DNA of 64,000 nucleotides from Reichenbachiella sp. (GCF_033344935.1 NZ_JAWPMM010000001.1:4706115-4770114); one strand, 5' to 3'; counted from the first letter of the stretch, positions 26,355 through 35,599 are shown. The notes: generated by a model not told the origin, from the letters alone. Numbers and translations are program-made.

Positions 26355-28757
26355 TTAATTAGATTCTTTTACTTCGATCATATCCAAATCGATCTCTTCA
26401 TCCTCTCGTTCATCATAGAATTCTGGATATTTCTCAATAAGCGGATGGCTGTGAGTATCTCTACTGCCTTTATCAAACCTTAACAAAAGCGCCGGCAGCA
26501 CAATCAAGTTAGTCAGCATGGCCATCAATAATGTAGTTGACGTCAATGCTCCTAAAGCTACTGTACCGCCAAATTCAGATGCTGCAAAAATCACAAACCC
26601 GAAGAAGAGAATGATAGATGTATAAATCATACTCGCGCCTGTCTCTCTTAGACTCTTACTAACTGCTACAGGAACAAAAAAGTTATTAGCAAATAGCTCC
26701 TGTCTGTATTTCGCCAAGAAGTGGATGGAGTCATCCACAGAAATTCCAAATGCAATACTAAAGATCAAAGCTGTGCTTGGTTTTAAAGGAATGCCAGCAA
26801 ATCCCATCATACCACCAGTAATCATTAGTGGAATAATATTCGGGATTAAACACAAAATGATCATTTTGAAATTTTTGAACAACAGTGCCATGATTAGTGC
26901 AATAATGAAAAATGCAATGATCATACTGGTGATCAAATTATCGATCAAAAATTTATTGCCTTTGATGAAAAGTAATGTCGTCCCGGTGATAGAAACTTTC
27001 ATTTTTGTATCACCAAATATTTCGTCAATTTTGGGTTGGATCACATCATTGACCAAGACATCCAATTTGTTTGAACCTATATCTGCAATCTTGAGTGACA
27101 CACGAATTTTTTGTCCTGTGCTGTCGACAAATGCCTTTGATATTCCCTTTTGGTCTGACTCTTTTTTCAGATATCTGAAGATGAAATTCTTGTCTCGATT
27201 ATTTGGCAAAGCATACTTTTCGGGATTGTCATTATAAAATGCCTGTCTGGTTGCCTTGATAAAGCTCACAACCGAGAGCGGCTGAGACACATCATCCAAT
27301 GAATTAAGGAAAGTCTCAAACTCATCAATTTTTTGAAGGTTTTTTAGGCTTTGAACGCCTTTTTTCGTACCCGTATCGATAATAATTTCCAAAGGCATTA
27401 CCCCGGCAAAATTGTCCTCAAAAAACTTTAGATCTTGTTTTACCTGACTTTCTTCTGGTAAATCATCGACCATATAAGATCTTGCTTCAATCTTTGATAT
27501 CCCATAACCAGATAATATCACGATTATCGCAGCAGCTGCGAAAATGTAATATTTGTGGCGGTGCACCAATATATCCAGTCCGGTTAGGACTTTATCTAAC
27601 GGAACAAACTCAAGGTGTTTCAAATGCCTGCTGGATGGTGGCTTCAAATAAGAAAAGACAGCCGGAATCATAATTAGACTGACCACGAATGTCGCCAATA
27701 TATTGAGTCCAGCTACGATACCAAATTCTTTCAGCACCATAATATCCGTGAGGGCTAGGACCAAGAATCCAACCGCTGTGGTGAAATTGGTAATCAATGT
27801 GACAATTCCAATTTTCCTAATAATTCTCTCTAGGGCCTTTCTTTGATCACCATGATTGAAATATTCTTGATGATATTTATTCAGCATATATACTGCATTG
27901 GGAATCCCAATTACCACAATGATCGGTGGAATAAGCCCGGTGAGTAAAGTAATCTCAAAATCGAAGAGGGCAATTGTACCCATGACCCAAACGACAATCA
28001 TTCCAATAATAAAAAGTGCTACTAGCACTACCTTGAATGATCTGAAAAACAAGAACAAAATGAACCCTGTCACCATTACTGAAAAGATTAGGAACATATT
28101 GAGCTCCTTCTTAATCTTAACTGTGTTGATATATCGCACAAATGGCAGTCCAGCGTATCTTAGATTGATACCGGTGTGTTCTTTGTATTGTTCGGTGACT
28201 TGAAGGATATCACCCACCACAGTATTTCGTGCCTTGGAATTCATCACTTCATTCTCAATGGTAACCAAAACCATATTGGCACCATTTTCAGCATTTAATA
28301 ACTGACCGCTATAGAACTTCAAGCTTTGGCAATAGGCAATTAAACTATCCAGCACCTTCTGGTCTGAGGGCACATCAGTGAAAACATTTTCAAGTTCGAA
28401 TCGATTTTCTTCTTTGTCCTTTACTAATCTTTTCAGGCTAGGCAAACTCAAGACATCCTTTACATATTTGATGCTTGCCAGCTCGTCTGTCATGTATTTC
28501 AACTTTCGAAAGTTGTCGGCTTGATACACTGCGCTATCCTTGATGCCAATAGCCAGGATGTTCCCATCCTCCCCAAATTCCTTCTTGAATGCCTTGAAAT
28601 AGATCATTTCAGGATCCGTTTTGGGGACAATGTTGGCCAGACTAAATGACCATTTAACCTCCTGAGCTTTATAAGCCATGAAGCCTGTAATGCCAAAAAG
28701 TGCAAGGATCAATAAGAGCCTGTGCTTAAGTATGATTTGTGAAAGTTTATACCACAT
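26355..28757 (-). CDS. RND-superfamily/MMPL-type exporter (12 TM, two large loops)
   Basis: It has two 6-TM bundles with sterol-sensing-like repeats (GIPNAVYMLNKY.., AFGISVDDSIHFLAKY). ATG 28757 is preferred over the track TTG at 28763. Confidence 0.8.
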   Translation of the reverse strand: MWYKLSQIILKHRLLLILALFGITGFMAYKAQEVKWSFSLANIVPKTDPEMIYFKAFKKEFGEDGNILAIGIKDSAVYQADNFRKLKYMTDELASIKYVKDVLSLPSLKRLVKDKEENRFELENVFTDVPSDQKVLDSLIAYCQSLKFYSGQLLNAENGANMVLVTIENEVMNSKARNTVVGDILQVTEQYKEHTGINLRYAGLPFVRYINTVKIKKELNMFLIFSVMVTGFILFLFFRSFKVVLVALFIIGMIVVWVMGTIALFDFEITLLTGLIPPIIVVIGIPNAVYMLNKYHQEYFNHGDQRKALERIIRKIGIVTLITNFTTAVGFLVLALTDIMVLKEFGIVAGLNILATFVVSLIMIPAVFSYLKPPSSRHLKHLEFVPLDKVLTGLDILVHRHKYYIFAAAAIIVILSGYGISKIEARSYMVDDLPEESQVKQDLKFFEDNFAGVMPLEIIIDTGTKKGVQSLKNLQKIDEFETFLNSLDDVSQPLSVVSFIKATRQAFYNDNPEKYALPNNRDKNFIFRYLKKESDQKGISKAFVDSTGQKIRVSLKIADIGSNKLDVLVNDVIQPKIDEIFGDTKMKVSITGTTLLFIKGNKFLIDNLITSMIIAFFIIALIMALLFKNFKMIILCLIPNIIPLMITGGMMGFAGIPLKPSTALIFSIAFGISVDDSIHFLAKYRQELFANNFFVPVAVSKSLRETGASMIYTSIILFFGFVIFAASEFGGTVALGALTSTTLLMAMLTNLIVLPALLLRFDKGSRDTHSHPLIEKYPEFYDEREDEEIDLDMIEVKESN

Positions 28758-28877
28758 GTGCAAAAATGAATCTGCAAAGGTAAGGATTTTTACTATTTAA
28801 ATAAGGTGTTGATTTATTAGTCTAACAACTCAAAATTTGCAGATGAAAATCGAATGAAATGACCTAAAAATCCTCAT

Positions 28878-28902
28878 AAAAAAAGGAGGAACGTTCCTCC
28901 TT
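28878..28902 (-). terminator. Rho-independent terminator after the TerB-like gene
   Basis: A perfect 20-nt palindrome AAGGAGGAACGTTCCTCCTT (28883-28902) is preceded on the + strand by an A-run, which is a U-run on the minus-strand transcript. Confidence 0.6.
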
Positions 28903-28929
28903 AAAATTTCTTCAAGTAACCTGCTAATA

Positions 28930-29325
28930 TCAATTTTGATACTTCAAAACTGCCATTTTCAATGATTCTTTATTCGCCACAATAGTAGGGTCGGAATAGA
29001 CCTTAGCAGAAAGCTCTGCTATTACTGCCTTTTTGAATCCAAGCTTCACGGCTACTTCCTCACAATACTTTACTTCACTTAGAAAAACCTCTTTATCTAT
29101 TTTCATTAATTGAACTACATTGAAGAGATATTCAAATTTCTCGTCATCGGTAATTGTGCTCAATGGTGGCAGTGGTTCTGGATTTTCAAGCAATCCATTA
29201 ATCTCATCTTCAGAAACACCATTTGCTTTGCCCACCATCAATATCATGTCTCTTTCGTCGTCAGCAAAGTCATTGTCAATGTTTGCTAACTTAACTAGCA
29301 TGCTTAATTGTGATTTAATACTCAT
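28930..29325 (-). CDS. TerB-like (tellurite-resistance TerB fold) protein
   Basis: MSIKSQLSMLVKLANIDNDFADDERDMI... resembles the helical TerB family pattern. ATG 29325 is preferred over the track TTG at 29364. Confidence 0.55.
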   Translation of the reverse strand: MSIKSQLSMLVKLANIDNDFADDERDMILMVGKANGVSEDEINGLLENPEPLPPLSTITDDEKFEYLFNVVQLMKIDKEVFLSEVKYCEEVAVKLGFKKAVIAELSAKVYSDPTIVANKESLKMAVLKYQN

Positions 29326-29748
29326 TATTTTGTCATGGTTATAGTAAACGCCGGTTGCATTCAAAGGTAAGAATTTTAACCAATTTGTTTATTCAAATAG
29401 ATTAGATAGGTTTTTTTATTTAGTCAAACTAAAGATACATAAAATAATAGCATCTCCGTGAATGCAATAATCATATGACCGAATCAGAAGCCAATTCCTT
29501 GAGTGATCATCACGGGCTTTATTGAATAAATTAAGTGAATCTATCGGCTCTATTTGATGAATCCGATAAAAATGCCAACAAGACCCTGAAGTTGAAATAC
29601 TTACATATTTAGGGTCAGTTTGCCATTAGTTTAAAAAAATGCTTTAATTTAGAAACCCAATCAGCATATTAAAAACATTATATATATTGAGTTGTGCTTT
29701 CTTTATCTATAACATCTAGACCAAGCATAACTTAAAATAATACAATAT

Positions 29749-30942
29749 ATGGGCATCATAATACCGTTGATTTTAATCGCGATAAGCTGTGTAGTTATTT
29801 GGAGAGCCGGAGATGGCTTCATGACTGCATCAGAATATATAGGTAGAAATCTTTCCGAGGGAGTACGAGGAGCATCAATTAATGCAATTGCCAGCTCTAT
29901 GCCTGAAGTTTTTACTTCCTTGTTTTTCTTGTTCGTTTTGATGGATGCTGATGGCTTTGCTGGAGGTATTGGTACTACAGCTGGAAGTGCCATTTTCAAT
30001 AGTATGGTTATTCCAGCAGTTTCGGTAATTGCCGTGATTGGAATTGGCTTGGCACGAAGAATCAAGGTCTCTAAAAAAGTAATGCTCAGAGACGGTATTT
30101 CTCTTATCATTACAGAAGCTATATTCCTAGTACTTATTAGTGGCTCCGTATTGGACTGGTATCATGGTCTTGTACTAATGGGTGTATATGTGATCTACAT
30201 CACTTACATGTTTATGTCCATGAAAAGCAATCAAAAAAATGCTGATTCTGATGAAGTGGAGGAGGAAGAGGAAGAAGAGGAAGAAGATCGAGGAGAAGCA
30301 CCTTCATTCTTTATCAGCTTGATCTCATTCAACTTAGAAGATCTTTTTATCCGAAATAATAAGGTGACAGGTAAAAATGCCTGGCCTTTGCTCATATTTT
30401 CAACCTTATCTATTGCAGCAGTATGCTATCTGTTAGTAATTGCTTGTGAGTGGATGGGCTCTGAAGTATACGAAGTGCCTTACTTAGGTTCTTACAATGG
30501 ACTGGGTATCCCGTTGATGTTTGTTGCCTTAGTACTAGCCTCTGCTGCATCCAGTTTCCCTGATACCATAATTTCTATCAAAGACGCGCAGAGAGGACAA
30601 TATGATGATGCTATTTCGAATGCACTTGGAAGTAACATTTTCGATGTTTGTTTCGCGCTAGGATTTCCACTATTTATCTTCTGTATACTACACGGACCGA
30701 TACATATGGAACCATCTGATATCGCCATCAGCAGTGAAATTCGATTCTTATTGCTACTATTAACCATAGTGGCAGTGATTATATTTACTTCCTCACAGTA
30801 TATCGGAAAGACAAAAGCCTTCCTATTATTAGGTATTTATTTTCTTTTCATTGCCTACATCATCGGAAGAAGTGCTGACAATCCAATTGCAAACTCAATT
30901 GCTGATTTTCTAGTATCTACCGTTCAGCTCATTATAGGTTGA
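29749..30942 (+). CDS. Na+/Ca2+ exchanger family (CaCA/YrbG-like) membrane protein
   Basis: There are two alpha-repeat regions (IASSMPEVFTSL...GSAIFNS and SASSFPDTIISI...GSNIFDV) separated by an acidic loop (EVEEEEEEEEEDRGE). Confidence 0.8.
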   Translation: MGIIIPLILIAISCVVIWRAGDGFMTASEYIGRNLSEGVRGASINAIASSMPEVFTSLFFLFVLMDADGFAGGIGTTAGSAIFNSMVIPAVSVIAVIGIGLARRIKVSKKVMLRDGISLIITEAIFLVLISGSVLDWYHGLVLMGVYVIYITYMFMSMKSNQKNADSDEVEEEEEEEEEDRGEAPSFFISLISFNLEDLFIRNNKVTGKNAWPLLIFSTLSIAAVCYLLVIACEWMGSEVYEVPYLGSYNGLGIPLMFVALVLASAASSFPDTIISIKDAQRGQYDDAISNALGSNIFDVCFALGFPLFIFCILHGPIHMEPSDIAISSEIRFLLLLLTIVAVIIFTSSQYIGKTKAFLLLGIYFLFIAYIIGRSADNPIANSIADFLVSTVQLIIG

Positions 30943-30956
30943 TGGCGGAAATAAAA

Positions 30957-30982
30957 TGACCCGTCCTAAAATAGGTTGACGG
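30957..30982. repeat. IS3 terminal inverted repeat (orfB-proximal end)
   Basis: TGACCCGTCCTAAAATAGGTTGACGG matches the reverse complement of 32258-32283 (TGTCTCGTCCTGAAATAAGTTGACAC) at about 20 of the first 24 positions. Confidence 0.75.
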
Positions 30983-30995
30983 TTTTTAAAAAGAT

Positions 30996-31838
30996 TTAAG
31001 TAAAACCTGTGGATTGATATTCACAGGTTTTTTCATGTATAAAGTTAGGTGTTTTATAGTTGAGACTTAGATGAGGTCTTTGATTGTTGTAGGTATCTAT
31101 TGACTCTTTGATCAGTATTTTCAATTCTTGGCCAGTATTGCATTTATGAATGAGGAACTCCCCCTTTAGGATACCATTAACTCTTTCTGCTAGTGCATTT
31201 TGATAGCAGTCATACCCATCGGTCATAGATGGGGTGATTTGATGATTACTAAGCTCAGACTGATAAAGAGTGGAGCAATATTGTAATCCTCTATCGGAAT
31301 GATGAATAAGCGTTTGGGTTGTTTTTCTGTTTTTGACAGCAACTTTCAGTGCTTTGACCACGTGTTCAGCACTCATGTCATCACTGAGGTGATAGCCCAT
31401 AATCTTTCTACTATATGCATCTGTGACCAAAGAGAGGTAATGGGTTCGCTCCCTGCTTTTGATGTAAGTAATATCACTGACAAAAACTTCTTCAGGGCGA
31501 ACAGCTTTCCGATCCTTCAATAGGTTGGGGTATTTTCTCAACCAATGCTTACTGTTGGTAGTTTTTGTATAATTCTTCTTTGGCTTGATGAGCAGGTGTT
31601 CGGCTCTTAAATAGTTGAACAAAGCATCTCTACCCACTTTTATGTTTTGCCGGTCAAATTCACCTTTCAATGAATGGTACAGCTTCCGCGTGCCCAGTCG
31701 GGGCATTTGCATCCTTACCTTTTGGACAAGGGGTTTGATCCTGGAGAGTTCTTCTGCTCTTTGCTTAGATCTCTGTATTGATTGATAAACCGCCTGTCTA
31801 CTAATCCCAAACAGTCGACAGCTACGTGAGAGACTCAC
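30996..31838 (-). CDS. IS3 transposase OrfB (DDE/integrase core), normally made as an OrfAB fusion
   Basis: The catalytic triad context is SDITY, HSDRGLQY and NALAERVNG, with an rve-domain pattern. The frame is open upstream of the annotated GVG-type start back to the slippery site. Confidence 0.9.
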   Translation of the reverse strand: MSLSRSCRLFGISRQAVYQSIQRSKQRAEELSRIKPLVQKVRMQMPRLGTRKLYHSLKGEFDRQNIKVGRDALFNYLRAEHLLIKPKKNYTKTTNSKHWLRKYPNLLKDRKAVRPEEVFVSDITYIKSRERTHYLSLVTDAYSRKIMGYHLSDDMSAEHVVKALKVAVKNRKTTQTLIHHSDRGLQYCSTLYQSELSNHQITPSMTDGYDCYQNALAERVNGILKGEFLIHKCNTGQELKILIKESIDTYNNQRPHLSLNYKTPNFIHEKTCEYQSTGFT

Positions 31839-32242
31839 GTGCTTTTCTTCTCGGATGCGCCAGATTGTTTGGGTAATCCCTTTTTTCTGATTGAAGTTCC
31901 GTGTTCTTTGTCTGAGATGTCAATCATCATATTAAGAATCTCATTCTTCAATCGCTCATCGGATAATTCACGTTCTAATCGCTTGATCTTCTGTGCTGGT
32001 GTCTCTTTTGATTTAGGTGAGGCCATAAAGTGTTGCTTCGGGTGACTCCAGTCTAATTTACCATATCTGCGTAACCAAACCAAAACTGTACTCCTTCCTT
32101 GTATACCATAAGTTTTTTGGGCTTGCTTGTAGGTCATTTCGCCTTTTTCCACTTCAGATACAACCGCCAGTTTAAAGCCCATGTTGTAGTCGCGCTGGGT
32201 ACGCTTTTTCCCTCCTAAAGAACTGCGCTTCTCGTCTTTCAT
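31835..32242 (-). CDS. IS3 transposase OrfA (HTH)
   Basis: The 135-aa ORF has an HTH (MTYKQAQKTYGIQGRSTVLVWLRRY) and a leucine-zipper-like region, ending just after the frameshift window. Confidence 0.9.
   Translation of the reverse strand: MKDEKRSSLGGKKRTQRDYNMGFKLAVVSEVEKGEMTYKQAQKTYGIQGRSTVLVWLRRYGKLDWSHPKQHFMASPKSKETPAQKIKRLERELSDERLKNEILNMMIDISDKEHGTSIRKKGLPKQSGASEKKST
31880..31886 (-). other. Programmed -1 ribosomal frameshift heptamer A_AAA_AAG
   Basis: The minus strand reads AGA AAA AAG in the orfA zero frame (IRKKGL). OrfB is in the -1 frame and open from this point (..KKGITQTIWRIREEKHVSLSR..). Confidence 0.8.
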
Positions 32243-32257
32243 AAATAAGTCGTTTTT

Positions 32258-32283
32258 GTGTCAACTTATTTCAGGACGAGACA
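32258..32283. repeat. IS3 terminal inverted repeat (orfA-proximal end)
   Basis: GTGTCAACTTATTTCAGGACGAGACA is the partner of 30957-30982. Confidence 0.75.
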
Positions 32284-32296
32284 AAATAAAGAAATT

Positions 32297-32326
32297 AAAA
32301 GGCGAATCGAATGATTCGCCTTTTTT
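32297..32326. terminator. Bidirectional rho-independent terminator
   Basis: The stem is GGCGAATC (32301-32308) / GATTCGCC (32313-32320) with loop GAAT, AAAA upstream and TTTTTT downstream. It lies immediately after the TonB-like gene stop at 32328. Confidence 0.7.
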
Positions 32327-32327
32327 A

Positions 32328-32999
32328 TTACCCTAGCTTGAATGTGATGGGCAAGATCATTCGGACTTTCACTGGTCGCCCTCTTTGTTTGCCTGGAGAC
32401 CAATCCGGAGAATTTTTAATCACCCGAACAGCTTCTTCATCGCACCCAGCGCCAATGCCTTTGATCGCATGTACATCGGTTAGCTTACCACTCTTATCAA
32501 TTACAAACTGAACATAAACCTTCCCTTCTACACCCATTCGTCGTGCTTGGTTTGGATATTTCATCTTCTTAGCTACATGCTTATAAAAAGCTATCAACCC
32601 TCCAAGAGGCTCAGGCTGAGTCTCGACGATATCGAAAACTTCTTCTGGCTCCTCAATATCAATGGGATCATCAAAAACAAGATCCTCAATAACCTCTGTT
32701 TCATCAAATTCAGCATCGATTATTACTTCGGCCTCTTCTTCAAAATCATCCTCATTGGGCACAGGCACTAAAATGGGTTGTCTTATTGGAGGGGGCGGAG
32801 GAGGCATAACAGTTGGTGGAATCTCCATAATTTCCTCAAAGTCTTCATCCACTTCTACTAGGCTCACAATTCCCCCATCTCCATAAAACCGCCATTCAAA
32901 AGCAGATATGACCAGCATCAAACTAATGGCAAGGCCTATATTGAAAAAGGTACTTCTCTTCCGTTCCAAATCGATCTTTGGATTTTTTCTTAATTCCAT
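32328..32999 (-). CDS. tonB: Energy transducer TonB (C-terminal TonB domain protein)
   Basis: It has the N-terminal MELRKNPKIDLERKR + TM typical of Bacteroidota TonB, a Pro-rich spacer (PPTVMPPPPPPIRQP), an acidic linker and a TonB_C block (YPNQARRMGVEGKVYVQFVIDKSGKL). ATG 32999 is preferred over the track GTG at 33035. Confidence 0.8.
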   Translation of the reverse strand: MELRKNPKIDLERKRSTFFNIGLAISLMLVISAFEWRFYGDGGIVSLVEVDEDFEEIMEIPPTVMPPPPPPIRQPILVPVPNEDDFEEEAEVIIDAEFDETEVIEDLVFDDPIDIEEPEEVFDIVETQPEPLGGLIAFYKHVAKKMKYPNQARRMGVEGKVYVQFVIDKSGKLTDVHAIKGIGAGCDEEAVRVIKNSPDWSPGKQRGRPVKVRMILPITFKLG

Positions 33000-33083
33000 G
33001 ATTATTGAATTTATAGTTAGCAACACGTTCACCACCTTGGTGAACCAGAATTAAGACTATCCCGGGCGAGTCTTTTTCTTTAT

Positions 33084-33341
33084 TTATTGGGTTTTGAATT
33101 CATCAAAAATATCGACATCCTCTTGCGGCACTGGCTTTGGTTTATCCCTTATTCTTTTCACTCCAGCATACATCATAGCTCCTATGGCCAATGCTGCCAG
33201 TACGATCGCCAATATCCTAAACCAACGAGCTTTCTTGCCTTCTTTCGGTTCTTTCGGGTAAAGCCCCTTGAAATCCATATGTCTTTCAATCTGACCTTTA
33301 CTCAATGCCTTTCTCCTCAATCTGATATCGTATCTAGTCAT
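33084..33341 (-). CDS. Small single-pass membrane protein, candidate minimal anti-sigma factor
   Basis: The 85-aa ORF has one TM (WFRILAIVLAALAIGAMMYAGV) and overlaps the ECF sigma gene end by 8 nt. The function is inferred from position only. Confidence 0.4.
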   Translation of the reverse strand: MTRYDIRLRRKALSKGQIERHMDFKGLYPKEPKEGKKARWFRILAIVLAALAIGAMMYAGVKRIRDKPKPVPQEDVDIFDEFKTQ

Positions 33342-33867
33342 GCTTCCGCTCGTTCATTTTTTCATATCGCTTCTTCAATTTATCGAGCGATCGGTACATT
33401 TTCATCTTAACAGCACTTTCCTTTTTATCTAAGATGTATGCTATTTCTTTGAAGTTTTTATTTTCAAAAAACTTCAATTCTAAAATCCTTACCTCTTCGT
33501 CTTCCAACTCACTTATCAACTCCGTCAATACCTTTTGTTTCTGCTCAATGTCCGCATCATCTAGATCACTACAAGTCATCACCAGATTCACTTTGTGATC
33601 TTCTAAACTCAAGAGGCGTTTTTTATTGTCTCTATAGTGTTTGTTCGTCTCATTGGTAGCAATTCGATAGAGCCAGGCACCAAAAGGCACTCCTCTAAAT
33701 TCAAACTTGTCCAAAGAATGCATGGCATTCATAAAAACCTTCGACGTGAGATCAGCAGCTAAATTCTCATCATCGGTTTTCCTATGGATAAACCTAAAGA
33801 TCACCTCAAAATACTTTTTGTAGATAGGTTCGAAATGCCGCAAGTCTGTCTTCGCCTTAGCGATCAT
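33334..33867 (-). CDS. ECF-type RNA polymerase sigma-70 factor
   Basis: It has region 2 (FEPIYKKYFEVIFRFIHRK..DLTSKVFMNA) and a region 4 HTH (FKEIAYILDKKESAVKMKMYRSL). ATG 33867 is preferred over the track TTG at 33912. Confidence 0.85.
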   Translation of the reverse strand: MIAKAKTDLRHFEPIYKKYFEVIFRFIHRKTDDENLAADLTSKVFMNAMHSLDKFEFRGVPFGAWLYRIATNETNKHYRDNKKRLLSLEDHKVNLVMTCSDLDDADIEQKQKVLTELISELEDEEVRILELKFFENKNFKEIAYILDKKESAVKMKMYRSLDKLKKRYEKMNERKHD

Positions 33868-34024
33868 AACCTCTTCTTCTTCCCAATCATTACGGTTCGT
33901 ATCTCTATCCAATGAATTAATCTTTGTAGGTATAATCCTGCCCTTCCGAAAAAGTCACACTTCTTGTACCAAAAATAAGTGTCTTGACAGATTAGCGTCC
34001 ATAGATATGTATTAATTTCGGGTT

Positions 34025-34618
34025 ATGAGTCAGGCACCTCCTGTAGTTGATAAGAAAAAGTACCGCACGGTTTATCTGCGTAAACGAAAGATGTTGAGCG
34101 CTAAAGATTTTGATAAAAAAAATGCGCGACTACTCTACCATTTTCATCGATTCTTTGAAAGTCATCCCTGCTCAATGATTCACTCCTTTCTTTCTATTGA
34201 AAAAAACAAGGAAGTAAACACCTGGCCATTAATAGAATGGCTCAAGGCTCGAGGCAAACAAATAATTATCTCGAAATGTAGCACAACGAGCAACGAGCTC
34301 ACTCATTATCTCTTTGAGGATTACAAGCAATTGAAAGAAAGCAAATACGGAATTCCAGAGCCTCAATATGGAACTATAGTTTTACCTAAAAATTTAGATG
34401 TGGTGCTTGTACCTCTCCTGGTATTTGATAGAAATGGACAAAGAGTCGGCTATGGCGCCGGGTATTATGATCGATTTTTGGCTGAGTGCTCTTCTGATTG
34501 TATAAAAGTTGGGCTTAGTTTAGCTCCGCCATTAGACGAAATTCCATTTGTTGAGCCTCACGATATTCCTTTGGACTATTGTATCACGCCATTGGGAGTC
34601 TATGGCTTCAATTCATAA
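34025..34618 (+). CDS. 5-formyltetrahydrofolate cyclo-ligase
   Basis: It has the length of this family and the hallmark GYGAGYYDRFL near the C-terminus. Confidence 0.85.
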   Translation: MSQAPPVVDKKKYRTVYLRKRKMLSAKDFDKKNARLLYHFHRFFESHPCSMIHSFLSIEKNKEVNTWPLIEWLKARGKQIIISKCSTTSNELTHYLFEDYKQLKESKYGIPEPQYGTIVLPKNLDVVLVPLLVFDRNGQRVGYGAGYYDRFLAECSSDCIKVGLSLAPPLDEIPFVEPHDIPLDYCITPLGVYGFNS

Positions 34619-34627
34619 ATTCGCAGT

Positions 34628-35599
34628 ATGAGCCATGTTTTAGATGTAATTATTATAGGTGCCGGGCCAATTGGTCTGGCTTGTGGTATTGAAGCCAAGA
34701 AAAACAATCTCGATTATCAAATTTTGGAGAAAGGTTGTTTGGTCAACTCGTTATACAACTATCCAATGAACATGACGTTCTTCTCGACGTCAGATAAATT
34801 AGAAATTGGGGAAGTCCCATTCATCTCTCACAACAACAAACCAACAAGAGCTGAGGCACTTGAATATTATAGAAGAGTGACCACTTCATGGGATTTGAAA
34901 GTGAATTTGTATGAAGGAGTAAAAGAGGTAAAAAGAAGCCAGTTCTTTGAAATCATATCTAACAAAGCGACTTACGTTACAAAGAACCTAATTATAGCCA
35001 CTGGATTTTACGATTTGCCATTTTTACTAAATGTACCTGGTGAGAGTCTACCAAAAGTAAAACACTACTACGACGAACCTCATCCCTACTTTGGTCAAAA
35101 AGTGATTGTGGTGGGCGCAGCCAATTCTGCTGTAGATGTCGCTCTGGAAACTTATCGAAAAGGTGCTGAAGTCACTATGGTGGTTCGAGAACCAGAAATC
35201 AATCCCAGAGTGAAATACTGGGTGAGACCTGACATTGAAAATAGAATTAAAGAATCCTCTATTACCGCTTATTTCAACTCCTCAATTACTGAAATAAGAG
35301 AAACCGAAGTAGACATCAATACACCAAATGGCTCTGAAACGTTAACCAACGATTTTGTCTTGGCTATGACAGGCTATCAGCCCAATTTCACTTTTTTGAA
35401 ATCATTAGGAATAAAAATTGGCAAAGACGATATGCAAACACCAGAGCATAATCCTGAAACCATGGAAACTAACATCGAAGGCATTTACTTAGCTGGAGTG
35501 ATTTGCGGTGGCCTTCAGACTAATAAATGGTTTATCGAAAATTCAAGGGTACATGCCGAGGTGATACTAGAAAGAATATCTAAAAAAGGTAATGTCTGA
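34628..35599 (+). CDS. ypdA: YpdA-family FAD-dependent pyridine nucleotide-disulfide oxidoreductase (putative bacillithiol disulfide reductase)
   Basis: GAGPIGLACGIEA dinucleotide fold, NYPMNMTFFST, second GAANSAVD fold. Confidence 0.7.
   Translation: MSHVLDVIIIGAGPIGLACGIEAKKNNLDYQILEKGCLVNSLYNYPMNMTFFSTSDKLEIGEVPFISHNNKPTRAEALEYYRRVTTSWDLKVNLYEGVKEVKRSQFFEIISNKATYVTKNLIIATGFYDLPFLLNVPGESLPKVKHYYDEPHPYFGQKVIVVGAANSAVDVALETYRKGAEVTMVVREPEINPRVKYWVRPDIENRIKESSITAYFNSSITEIRETEVDINTPNGSETLTNDFVLAMTGYQPNFTFLKSLGIKIGKDDMQTPEHNPETMETNIEGIYLAGVICGGLQTNKWFIENSRVHAEVILERISKKGNV

Larger units (their letters stand above)
30957..32283 (-). mobile_element. IS3-family insertion sequence, apparently intact (1327 bp)
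   Basis: It has imperfect terminal inverted repeats starting TG...CA, orfA and orfB in a 0/-1 frame arrangement with a slippery heptamer, a DDE transposase, and an A-rich flank on both sides (AAA|IS|AAA). Confidence 0.85.

Noticed and set aside
26725-27237. A 170-aa plus-strand ORF inside the RND/MMPL gene.
   Set aside because: It is the mirror image of transmembrane-coding sequence. Such hydrophobic antisense frames often stay open. It has no independent start context or homology.
28883-28902. AAGGAGG within a perfect 20-nt palindrome, which superficially looks like a strong Shine-Dalgarno site.
   Set aside because: No start codon follows at the right distance on either strand, and this phylum largely lacks SD-led initiation. 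The palindrome plus adjacent A/T run fits a terminator.
29703-30110. A 135-aa minus-strand ORF overlapping the 5' end of the Na+/Ca2+ exchanger gene.
   Set aside because: It is antisense to conserved alpha-repeat coding sequence and is a shadow ORF.
30255-30290. A polypurine GAG/GAA tract encoding EEEEEEEEED in the exchanger loop, and a similar tract at about 22327-22347 encoding the LspA acidic tail. These might be slippage-prone microsatellites or phase-variation sites.
   Set aside because: The codons are an irregular GAG/GAA mix, not a perfect repeat, and any slippage in triplet units would stay in frame. They are most simply acidic low-complexity linkers.
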